Assembly (NCBI RefSeq): GCF_947568905.1
Contig: NC_079166.1
Location: forward strand, 6,014,001-6,078,000
DNA from: Ostrea edulis
Taxonomy: Eukaryota
Direction: 5' to 3'
DNA length: 64,000 nt
The position numbers and the translations under genes are program-made. The notes under the pieces were generated by a model. It was given only the letters and a program-made list of their open reading frames with translations. It did not search any database and was not told the origin of the DNA. Below, one piece after another: positions 52,898 to 64,000 of the stretch (positions within the stretch are counted from its first letter, which is position 1; every line of letters begins with the position of its first letter).

Positions 52898-53251
52898 TAA
52901 TAATAATAATAATTGGTTTTATATAGCGCCTATTCCAGCGTATGCTGCTCAAAGTGCTTTACAATAATCAATGTACATTATTACCCCGACAGACCTTATA
53001 TCAATCTAGAACTTTCTCAGCCTCCTAGGAAGCATACAGTGCAAGCTGCCATTACAAGCGCTAAAGCACTACCGTAACATTCTAACAATATCTTTCACTG
53101 TCATAGCCAGGTACCCCTTTTACACTTGGGTGGAGTGAGGAAATTCATGTAAAGTGCCTTTCCCAATGACACAACGTCAGCCCTGCCGCGGCCAGGACTC
53201 GAAACCACGGCCTTTCGGTCGAGAGTCTAACGGCCTAACCACTAGGCCACT
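52898..53251 (-). mobile_element. Full-length tRNA-derived CORE-type SINE with L2-like tail
   Basis: Minus strand GTGGCCTAGTGGTTAGG (A box), GGTTTCGAGTCC (B box), GTTGTGTCATTGGGAAAGGCACTTTAC..CACTCCACCCAAGTGTAAA..GGTACC (CORE-like), GTAAAGCACTTTGAG..GGCGCTATATAAAA, (TTA)n tail. Confidence 0.85.
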
Positions 53252-53749
53252 GACGACTAGGGCGGGGCCAGAATTGGAGATGAAAGTCTGATATGGAAAT
53301 ATACAGGAAATGAACTAAATTAAGAAACAAACATTACCATACTTCTCATTACCAGTTCGTTAGAGTTATCGCGCATTGATGACTCTTGTGCGTCATAGGT
53401 AAGAAAATACACAAGTATCCCGAACAAGTGCGAGAATACTGGGACATAATGAAACGTTCATAGCACCCCCTCCCCTTTATTTAAGAGTTAAAATACATGG
53501 TGTATTCTTAAATAAGATAACCATTGATCAAACTGCATTTTTCAAATATCCTACCACTATTTTATTAAAGATGTTACATGTTTTTTTACTCCACCACACC
53601 TAATTTTAAACATTCCAAATAACGATGTTCTCTCTCCTAAATCCATCAATATTTTGTAATTTTCAAAATAGCTTAGATGCAGTTTGGAAACGCATTAGTT
53701 GTGTTAATCAGTGTTATAAACATCTAAAAATGCAGTTTGTCATATATAT

Positions 53750-54186
53750 GCCTGATACCCTCCGCCGTTGCCAAAATTTGAACACTTTTAAAAAACATGT
53801 AAAAACACATCTTTTTAGACTCGCATATTATTAGAATTATAGGTGGTTAAATCTTTATGGATTTTTTTACCATCATTTTAACATGACCTTTTCAAGTGTA
53901 TAATTGTGTATATTTATTTCAACAATTGTTTTTATATCATTTGATTGTACGGCGTGGAACCATTTTCATGCACATCATGTTTTAGATTTTAGTAATTTTA
54001 CTTCACATTATTGATGTTTTTCTAGCATTGTTTTGATATTATCTGTCTTAATGTTATTATAATTTCCTTTTACTACTTTTATAACATGCTGTATCATTTT
54101 TATTGTGTACAGCTCTTTGGAGTGGTTATTTCTAGTCCTATAGGACGTTATGTAAATAAATATTATAATTATTATTATTATTATAT
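53750..54186 (+). mobile_element. 3' end of an L2/CR1-type LINE
   Basis: PDTLRRCQNLNTFKKHVKTHLFRLAY* (typical ORF2 C-terminus), then a 3' UTR and ATT-repeat tail; empty site in the paralogous block near 24710. Confidence 0.75.
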
Positions 54187-54511
54187 AACTTGTTCTGAAA
54201 TATGGAAATTGAGGGTGGGGGTTTACGATTACGATTACAAAGGCCATGCCATATGAAGCTGTCCTAATTGTATGATAAAATAAAATGTCTTCATAGTCTG
54301 ACAGAATAACTTTTAAAACATATTAATCCCATTAATTGCAAGAACAGTTCTTGTGTTGGATGTTCATATAGGTTTTTCCCTTTACAGTTCTTCTTGCGAT
54401 TGATGCTTTATATCGGTCAGATCTGGCAAATTTAGTACTTTCGCTCCCTCACATAGTTTAATAATTTCATCTGTTTTCTTGTAAGAATAATCAAACTTTA
54501 ATTATTCCTAA

Positions 54512-55213
54512 ATCGGATAAAGTAAAGCATCTTATTTTACCCTGTCTGTTTGCCTGCTAGCCTGAATCATGGACCATGCTCAAAACTTTTGAATGACGAG
54601 TAATAGGACTCTTATATTTCACATTTGTATTCCTTGTGACAAAACCAAGGGTTTTAACCTTGTGAACTTGATGTATGTCATACTTGTAAGAAATCATAAA
54701 GCATTAAATGTCTCCTGAACTATTTACATTAGTGAATTTATATAATTTCATATTTGTATTATGTATACAGATTCTTTATGGCACGACCTTTCATTTGATA
54801 CTATATGGTTTGAACTTGTGTCCTTGACCTTGGCGTTCGACCTGTGGTTAAGAAAACTTAACCTATCAAACACTCTCGAACTATTTGGGATAGGCTTTTC
54901 ACATAGTGTATATAAATGTCTTTTAGATTTGTTATAGCAAGACCTTTTATTTCATTTCATCATCTATGAACTTGTGCCTTGACCTTGACATCAAGATCAC
55001 TTTAGTTATATCGATGTTACGGCTTCTCCATTTTGTGTAAGTTCAAATTTATTCATGCTATGGTCCTTTGAAGCAAGGTTGGCGTCACAATATTGGGTAA
55101 AACTTTTCATGGGAATAAAGATGACAAAACACTTTTTTTGAATATCACATTACCTGATTAACAGCAGAGTAAAGGTGATTCAGGTAAGCGATGTCGCCCA
55201 TGGTTCTGTTGTT
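54512..55213. mobile_element. Helentron-associated non-autonomous element (HINE-like)
   Basis: Copy-specific insertion with CCTTGACCTTG repeats and the terminus CAGGTAAGCGATGTCGCCCATGGTTCTGTTGTT, resembling oyster HINE ends (recalled, not searched). Confidence 0.45.
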
Positions 55214-57186
55214 TATGTCAAGGTAGTTAGAAATTAAACAGGATGAACATATTGCATATTAGAATCAGAGTGAGAGGTGACTTTCACCGTAAGTCAGTAA
55301 TTGGAACGTTTAATCTGTGGTCATTAGGCCGTGAGTTCAAACCATGTCGGGACTGCGCCAAACCTACGTTGAAGCAGAAAGGTAGTGACTGCTCTTTCGC
55401 CAAGTTCTTAGAATTAAAACTCTTTAGATTTGATTTAAAAAACGGAGGTCATTATCATGTTAGCGAATACACTGCACTACGGTGTTGGGTGTCAAACACG
55501 CATGTACATGCGAGTCTTGATTTGTGGCACTTCATCTGTAGTCAGGTAATGCTTCAATACATGTAAATATTCTTGAAGGAATGTAAAACAGAAAAAGAAA
55601 CAACGTTTCGATTCCTAAAATGCACGAGGGGGAATGTCTTCATTTGATGTCATTCTGTCTAAGCATCGCTATTTACTATTTACACTTACAAATGTTGTGC
55701 TTGTGGATCACTGGTTGAAAAACATTAGATGAATGCTGAAAATCATCTTCACTTAATAACCTAAATATTTTCTGAAGTGTTGTGTTTTACAAAAATGGCT
55801 ATTTAGATATCATTATTCTTTGAATGCATACATCACAAATCTCAAATGTTTTCATTGAACATTGCATGAATAAAAAAATGGATACCGTCAATAGAGTCTT
55901 GAAACATCTAAATTTCGGCGGAGCGTTTAATTCACATCGTTCAAGCTTTACAAAAGGTGTCCGATGTATGCTAGAGCTCGACCCAGTCTCTGTCATTTAT
56001 CGGCAAACTTCATATAAAAGCGTTTTCTCGGTATAGCTTATGAAACAATTCGTCATGATCAGATGTAGATGTTTGAAATAGCATTTGTATACTAAGTCAG
56101 AATCTACTCGTGTTCCTATAAAGCATGTGGTACATGTGTAACATTGTATGGTGTGTTACTTGTCCCTTCCCACAATACAAACATGACGTGTGAATTAACG
56201 AGTGAAAAAATACGATCATTAATTGTGAAACACATTGATAATAGGTAAATAACATCTTGTTAATGACATACCGATCCGTGGTTTTACTAAAGTTGAATTT
56301 TTAAAACTCACACCAGCGTACCTAACCCAAGAACACACATCAACTTTTATTATTACAAGATTACCATGACCAAGTATTTAGAACAAGTTATTTTCATTGC
56401 AGTTAATTTCATATCGCATTGTAGATCTCCTATTTCATTTGCATTTTCAAATCATAAAAGCCGAAAGAGCACAACATGATAAAAATAATGATATTATATT
56501 GAATTTGAATAAATATTAGCTAGTAATTTTAGTTCATCCTCCCTCAAATGAATTACAAGACATTGTATGTTTTGTTATCCTTCATACTGAAGAATTGGAC
56601 AAATTTCATGATACGAAGTACCTAGCTTTTCTATCGATACCAAAGTAAACAACGGCTTGACGTAGGTGAAAGTAAACATTGACCGGATTCTAATACGTTT
56701 TCCCAAATGATTTTTTGAAACTGTTTTATGCAACATCCTACTTTGTGGGTGAATTTGTGACGTTTATACTTTTAAAAAAAGTTTCAAAGACTGCTTTTAC
56801 AAGCGTTATTATGTTAATTACACACACCCCTGTTTTTCTTAATGTATTTAAGCCGATGTTTAAAGAGTTTATATTTAACGTTCGTTACTTGAGAGAAAAA
56901 CGAACTCGAGCATTTGTTTGCAGAAAAGATTGAAAAAGTAAGTAATGTAATTGAAATTATATGAACAAAAACAGTGTTAATTGTCTGATGTTAAACAGCA
57001 CAGAGTGTGTTTCTTAATTAATTACTGTCATTCAACTAAAGTTTGAAATGGCTGTATCCAAACTAAGTATGATCTAAAGAAAGAAATATAGTTTACATTA
57101 TATCTTTAGCAATACGCAATATCATATTTTAAAATATATATATTTCTAAACATTATCAACTCTACATTTGATAAAATAAATTGTAT

Positions 57187-57790
57187 GAAAGGTGAAGATA
57201 TCGAACAGTGATCAACGTAAAAGTCGTACAGTACCAATTGTGATGCACCAGATGCGAATTTCGACAAATAATGTCTCTTCAGTGATGCTCAAGCCGAAAT
57301 TTTGTAAATTTGAAATGACAAAAAACTTGTAAAAGCTAAAAGGAAAACTAGAGTGACAGAAAACAAATGTAACCAAATTCGTCCAAAAATCTCATGAATC
57401 CCATAGGCAATACAAATTAGATAGTTGGGCAAACACGGACCCCTGGACACATCAGAGGTGGGATCAAGTGCCTAGGAGGAGTAAGCACCACTGTCGACAT
57501 GTCACACCCGCCGTGAACCTCATATCATGATCAGGTAAACGGATTTATCCGTAGTCAAAATCAGTGTGTCAAGAACGGTCTAAGAATCAGTATAAAACAC
57601 GGCAGACAACAGTAAGCCCAATGATAGGTTCTATTGGCACACTAGATAATTATAACGACAATAGAATTTGTGAAATGCTGGTATTAAACTGTTGAAACTC
57701 CTGTACCATCAACTTGTTTGTCAGTAGCTTTCTTCGATTTAAAACTGACCATAAGCAGAACAAGTTCTTGCGTATCGAATCAGTTGGGAG
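57187..57790 (-). mobile_element. Naiad-like 3' fragment interrupted by a retrozyme fragment at 57216-57387
   Basis: GAAAGGTGAAGATATCGAACAGTGATCAA | insert | AATCTCATGAATCCCATAGG..GTGCCTAGGAGGAGTAAG rejoin into the continuous reverse-complemented 3' end. Confidence 0.85.
57239..57292 (-). ncRNA. Type I hammerhead ribozyme (stem III mutated)
   Basis: Minus strand UUGAGCAUCA CUGAAGA GAC-auuauuu-GUC GAAA UUCGCA UC UGGUGCAUCA. Confidence 0.8.
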
Positions 57791-58211
57791 ATATAACACC
57801 ATAATTATGCAGGATATAATATATACATATGAATATTCCCGTTTTCAATTTTTGTTGAAGAAGCAACCTATTTACACAATCTCTGGAATATGTAGTCGCA
57901 CAGTAAGTTTCTTCTTCGTAATTATTAATAGTTTTGTGAGGAGCAACGATAGGGACTTGGTAGAGCACTTACAGGATAAAGCGATTTATCTTTGTTTGTA
58001 AGGTTTGTTATGTAGTTTAGGAATCAAGTATAGGTACGATAACTCCTATTCATTCGACCAACCGACTGGGATACCAAATGTGCTTAAAACTGAAGCATGG
58101 CGTTGAAGAATTATGTGTATCATGTCATTTTAAATGGATGAAAAAATAACTGTTTTCTTTCAAATTAACAATTGTGGACAGTATTATATTTTTTTTTCAG
58201 ATTTTAAAACA

Positions 58212-60756
58212 ATGAGGGCCTTGACACTTGCACTTTTTACACTGATGTGTGTGTACGTATCAGCTCAGTGGAAAAACAATTGGGACAGGCCGCTAAACTT
58301 TCAGTGCCCGTCCACAAATAGTGCTATCTCTCACGTCGTATCCATGCATAATAACAAAAAGGAGGACAGGCGATTTAATTTCAACTGTAGACCTGTTCAG
58401 GCAGTCTCTGGACCCATTTCTTGCAAATTATCAGGTATTTTACTTCAAATTTGCAACACGGTTACATTGATACATTATATATTACTTTCCATAAAACACT
58501 GAAGTAAGTAAGTGACAATAACGCCTTTTTATTCATGAATAAATGTACACTTTGTATGAAAAAAGAACTATTCATTTCAAAATATCTTCCTTGATGTATA
58601 GAATGAATTGTTTTAATCACATCTACAGGTTATGTGAATAGCTACGATCAGCCAGTCCTTTATACGTGTCCAAATGGGGGTTATCTGAATGGTGTCTCTA
58701 GTGTACACAACAACAAGAAGGAAGACAGAATGTTTAGATTTAGATGCTGTACTCCAAAACCAGGTAACCGTTAACGCACAAATCCAATACTACATAAATC
58801 ATAATTGTGTAAAAAGAGATAAAGAGGGAATCTACATAGAAAACTGTAGAAATACATGCAGATGATAATAATAATGATGATGATGATAATAATGAACAAC
58901 TATTTCAAGGCTATCACCACAAGAACTGCAAATGGACTGGTTGGGTTAACAACTGGGATGAAACTTTTTCATACTTTGTTCCTCGTAATTACGTCATCAG
59001 AGGAATCAACAGTATTCACAACAATAAGAAAGAGTGAGTATATACTGTTCACATTCTGTGATTGATATTTCATCTAACACATACATGTATTATCATCAGT
59101 GGGCATTGAGTGCCATTCAACTGATTCAATGCGCGACATTTTCTGCATATGATTTTTTTTTTAATCGAGACAGGCTACTGTCAACTAATTTGATCTCAAA
59201 TACTTTCCGGAGTTTTAACAATATCGTATCTCTAAAGTTAGCATATCACGAGTCATAAGGTTATAATAACATAATGATTGATTATATTATAACGATCGAA
59301 CGGTGAAAATAATGAATGGTAATCAATCGCATAACTTCTACAAGGATTTCAAAATTAAGAGTTGGGGAAATACGGACCTCTGAATATACCAGAGATGGGA
59401 TTTGGTGCCCAGGAGAAGTTAGCATACCTTGTGGACCGCTCATAATTGTCATGAACCCTATATCTTGATCAGGTATGCGGGGTAATCCGTAGAACTGCAT
59501 GACAATTGGTATGAAATACGTCAGACATTGTTTAACTTCAAAAAGTCAGAATATAAAACATCATGAAACCAAGCACACCTGGTGGACTCGTGGAAAAAAC
59601 GACACGAGGAATATTTTTTTAAAAGTCAAAAGTTTTGACTACTAGTAATTCCTACTGAAGATACTGATGTGCAAAATCTGTTTTTGGTGACGGCATGACA
59701 AAACCCGCCAACATTACCTAAAAGGGGCGTTAGCTGTCTTTTTGTTACCAAACATTCAATTCATTGAAAATTGATCTACATTATATATTTCAGTAATAAA
59801 ACCAGTGTTTAAATATTTCAAACACTTTATAACATCAAAGCAGGCACTTGAATGTGTAATTTTGGTGATTAAATGATTATTGTCTTATATTGATATATTT
59901 CATGACATTAAACGCGGTTATCTAACCTAGGTTTATTAAGTTTATCTTGTTTTGTTCAAATTAAATCTTTTTATTAGTCATTAAAATATATTCCTATATC
60001 ATTGAGATATTTTGAGGAAAAAAGTAGTTGTCATGACTTACAAAGCTAATAACCCTTTAAGGTATTCAATGTATAATGACCATATTTCATATCTAATAAA
60101 TGGATGGTGGAATATTTGTAATCATGGTATCATTTTGAAGGGTTCATTAAATAAAAATAATCCACCACAGGAATTTTAAAAAATGTGTTTACTGCTTGAT
60201 TTTTTTCACCTAGAATTTAACATTGAAGTATGTGGGAAAAGCATGTTTTATTACAATATTTTAAAAACAAATTATATTTTCATACTAATTTAGTGGTAGA
60301 AAGTTACATACACTTTCTTTTTATGAAAATTTGAAACAAAATTAATCATTGACAAAACACATTTTTAGAAAATTAGATCGTTCTTATTTTTACAAAGAGC
60401 ACACAACTCTTCCAAAAAGTCTTAAGTGCAAAAAGGTCAGCTTCTAACCATTTACCAGTCATGTGAATTTCATCTGCTTCACTTTCATCATTATTTAACA
60501 ATAAACTTTTATGTTGATATAAATCCTTCAAACTTGTTCATTATCCTTTCATTATACATGGAATACCTGAAGATATATTATTGATATAGCAACGTTGATA
60601 AAATACCATTCTAAATCGCAACATTTACAAATTATCATTGATATCGCAATAGTATTAGTATAATTACCCTAACCTGTGTTTAGTGTACATGTTTGATTTT
60701 ATTTTTTCAGGGACCGAAGATTTAAATTTGAAATCTGCCAGATCACCAACCATTGA
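58212..60756 (+). CDS. Dermatopontin/HAAF-like secreted protein, paralog 3 (175 aa, intact)
   Basis: Exons 58212-58434, 58629-58763, 58910-59033, 60711-60756 join in frame; HNNKKEDRRF / HNNKKEDRMF / HNNKKEDRRF motifs; TATTTAA-GCCGATGTT and non-coding exon at 56845-56937; AATAAA near 60794. Confidence 0.95.
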
Positions 60757-61445
60757 ATTGGATGCCAGTTACTCAAATAATGTAGATTAATGCAATAAAT
60801 GCTTTAAAAACATATATCCTTGGTATTTTTTTTCAATTTTTGTATATTTCGTGTTTATCGTATGAAATACGGTAAATGATGTGCTGGTCTTGTTAAACAA
60901 AATGTATACGTACTTCAAACCTAAATTATTGACTGAAATCAGTAAAATAGAGTTCTGTAGCAATTTGTCTGCACGTTATCGATGCTAGTTGCGAGCTTCT
61001 AAAAATATATTGTACAATTGTAGGTTCTTTGTAACGACTTTACCAACATAGACCAGAGAATATGTGAATATGTTTTGTTGAATCTATACAGTATTTCGTA
61101 ATAGAGTTCACTACATGTATATTCACTATGAAATTACAATGCATTATGTACTATTTACATAGTTAACACAATCTCCATCCTCGATAATGAATTTGCGGTG
61201 ATAAACAACCGAATGGACATAAATGTAGGCAGGCAATATCAAAATACATGTGTTATATGTTCTAGAGGTGTTGGAGCGTAACCTTTGGGATCTCTTCTGT
61301 TTACTTTCATTTCCACGATTACTTGGATGTGATGACAAATTAATGCAGTTCTGACAGGTCATAATTTCTTATTTCAATACGTTGTAAAACATCTTAATCT
61401 CTGAAATAATTTCTGGTTTCATTTATGATTTTCTGAAACACAGAT

Positions 61446-61597
61446 GGGTGTGACCGGTCAACAGGGGATGCTTGCTCCTCCTGGGCGCCTGGTTCCACCT
61501 CTGGTGTGTCCGGGGGTCCGTGTTTGCTCAGCTATCTATTTTGTATTGCTTGTGGGGGTTGTGGGATTGGTCGCTGTTCGTTGTCTTCGCCTTGCAT
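61446..61597 (+). mobile_element. Naiad-like 3' fragment with A-to-G hypermutation
   Basis: Aligns without gaps to the 3'-end consensus of the other copies, with 15 A>G and 2 C>T differences. Confidence 0.92.
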
Positions 61598-62125
61598 GTA
61601 TGCATATCAAACTAAGATGACAAGTTTGTTAAAAGCAATACAGTGAAATGACGATTGCATATCAATTTCTTGAATCGTCTAATTCATTAGGTTGAACTGT
61701 GCGTACCTGAATTCATCATACTGATTAAAGTGTCGTTCATGAGTATTTACGTAAACCTGTAAAAGTAACAAAACTTAGCAGCTGTTTAAAAGAATGGTGT
61801 TATATTGAAACAATGCTGAAAGCGAACTTGTGGTTTAAATGGGAAAATATGGAATCTGTTAATAGAAATAGATAATTCTAGGACCGTTCTTTATCAATAT
61901 AAAATCACGTACATGTAGTTATTTACTTTATTTTACTTTAATATGAATTATATGATTTTACGTTTATTTGATAATATGGACAGGCATCCTTCTTTCAAAA
62001 TGAAATTAATTTTACAAACATTCATAATTAAAGCATTTGAAACGTACTGTCCAGTCCGTAAAATCTAAAATATTTTAAAATATTTCTAAATTTTATCAGA
62101 GTGTAAAACTTATACGGTACCAATG

Positions 62126-62180
62126 TTGATGCACCAGATGCATATTTCGACAAATAATATGTCTCTTCAGTGATGCACAA
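62126..62180 (-). ncRNA. Type I hammerhead ribozyme (stem III UAUGCA, probably weakened)
   Basis: UUGUGCAUCA CUGAAGA GAC-auauuauuu-GUC GAAA UAUGCA UC^UGGUGCAUCAA; predicted cut between 62137 and 62136. Confidence 0.82.
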
Positions 62181-62478
62181 CCGAAATGTTTGAAATCCGA
62201 AATAACTATGCAGTTTTAGAGCTAAATGTAGCCAAAAACAGCGTGCCAAAAAAGTGGAGCCAAATTCGTCCAAGGATAAGAGCTATGCACGAGGGAGATA
62301 ATCCTTAATTTTGAAATGAATTTCTAAATTTTATAACACCAATTAAATATACATCCGTATTTTCATGCTAGTAACGAAGTACTAAGCTACTGGGCTGTAG
62401 AGACCCTCGGGGACTAACAGTCCACCAGCAGAGGCCTCGACCCAGGGGTCATAATGTAAAACTTATACGGTACCAATT

Positions 62479-62531
62479 TTGATGCACCAGATGCGCATTT
62501 CGACAAATAATGTCTCTTCAGTGATGCTCAA
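62479..62531 (-). ncRNA. Type I hammerhead ribozyme (intact core, palindromic stem III)
   Basis: UUGAGCAUCA CUGAAGA GAC-auuauuu-GUC GAAA UGCGCA UC^UGGUGCAUCAA; stem I UUGA-GCAUCA / UGGUGC-A-UCAA; predicted cut between 62490 and 62489. Confidence 0.92.
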
Positions 62532-64000
62532 CTGAAATCTTTGAAATCCGAAATAACTATGAAGTTTTAGAGCTAAATGTAGCCAAAAACAGCGTGCCAA
62601 AAAAAGTGGAGCCAAATTCGTCCAAGGATAAGAGCTATGCACGAGGGAGATATTCCTTAATTTTGAACAATTAAACATACATCCGTATATAAACATGTAA
62701 TACCACAATCGAACCGCATTTTCTATAAATGTTGCTTTTATTATTACACTTATTAATGACACATTCACGTTGAAAAGCAATATGTTTGATGTGTCCTCGA
62801 AAACTATTTTCATGTACCGGAACTCTAACAAGTAATGCTAACGTTTCTGATGTCATGTCCAAAAGAACAATGCATTTCTCTTCTAATGCCAGACGCATTA
62901 GCAAAAGAATGAAGAGGTGTCAGGTAAGCATTCGAAGCCGATTTCTGACTGAAGAAGCGATTCAACTATTGCTATATAGTACTAATAGTGGTACATTGCA
63001 GTAAGTGTGAAGAGGAAAAAGGGGCGTTGTAAACGTACAGTGAGTCAATTGTAAGTCAGAAATCCGAACAATGGAAACACAATTGCTATTTCCTTCATTG
63101 CCAACCATGGTAAATATATGATGTGAATCCGAATATTGGACTCGTTGAAATGCAATTATATAACCTATCATTCATTACATTTCTCCTTGATAGAGAATAG
63201 CTAAATTTCTTTCATTCTAAAAGTCATATATTTTATTTTAATTAATATTTCGTATAGCTTTTTCAACGAAAACAATTGAGAGAATTTCTGTATTTTTGGT
63301 ATCCATGAATCCGTGATTAAAAATCTATCCATGACCCTTCCGTGGTTTACATACAATTTCTGTGTTCCGGTGATTGTCCGTATTTTGTCAGTCTCCAGCG
63401 CATATGCCATGCATCAAACTGTCATGGATATATTCAATGAAAAAGAAACTACATTCTTTTGTAATCAAACGTTCGTTTCTAAATATAGTGTATATCATGG
63501 AAGTTCTTATCTACGATTTAAGACATTCCCCAGAAATATATATCCCAAAACCCGATGATAATGCCTACTTACAAGCAATAAAAATGTATCATTATGTTTA
63601 AAAACCTTTCGACCATTCAGTAATACGATACGAAAATATTACTAAATCCGTATCAATCACCAACAACCGAAAAACATTGATTTTGAGCACATTTATTGTA
63701 AATGAAGTATGATTTGTTTTCACTATTGTAACCACCCTATTGCATTTTCACTTTTGTAGCTCTTCAAAACAGATAATAATGCGTAATCCAGCTCAATCTA
63801 AGATGTTTTGACCTTCACATATGGGCCCACGCACTCATCTTTCATATTGATAACTTAGTTTCGGTTTACCTTATTCATAATCATCACCATCTCATCAGGT
63901 AATGTCCCTCATTAGGCCATTTACGCTTGTAACGTTAACAAACAATTTACAATTTAAGGCACAGCACATTCCGGATAAACATAATTCTATACACGATGCA

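Larger units (their letters stand above)
62102..62688 (-). mobile_element. Non-LTR retrozyme: about 1.7 tandem copies of a 353-nt unit, each with a type I hammerhead
   Basis: Direct repeat offset 353 (62102 vs 62455); hammerhead cores at 62126-62180 and 62479-62531; non-coding. Confidence 0.88.

Noticed and set aside
62390-62450. Second ribozyme in the GC-rich part of the retrozyme monomer
   Set aside because: Several short hairpins are possible (GACCC/GGGTC, GGAC/GTCC) but no known catalytic core could be fitted by eye.

Overview
AT-rich, intron-containing animal DNA. The repeat content suggests an oyster-like bivalve (inference). The window holds a tandemly duplicated cluster of four dermatopontin / hemagglutinin-amebocyte aggregation factor (HAAF)-like genes: one partial gene on the minus strand (4469-5826) and three complete genes on the plus strand (10878-13552, 35657-41810, 58212-60756). 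A complete 7-exon GH27 alpha-galactosidase/NAGA-family gene lies on the minus strand between them (44823-50169). The rest is dense mobile DNA: about 20 fragments of a Naiad-like Penelope retroelement, a 6.7-kb Harbinger element, Kolobok-, hAT- and Crypton-like elements, SINEs, CR1/L2 fragments and several minisatellites. Four observations stand out. (1) A genomic retroelement copy at 61446-61597 carries 15 A-to-G changes, as expected if an ADAR-hyperedited RNA was reverse-transcribed back into the chromosome. (2) A tandem 353-nt retrozyme carries type I hammerhead ribozymes (62102-62688), and a third hammerhead is nested in a Penelope-like end. (3) One HAAF paralog has the conserved Glu of the HxNxxEDR motif changed to Lys in all three internal repeats. 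(4) The Naiad-like 3' end can fold into an extensive multi-pseudoknot structure that is not a canonical ribozyme. All exon structures, alignments and counts were done by eye.
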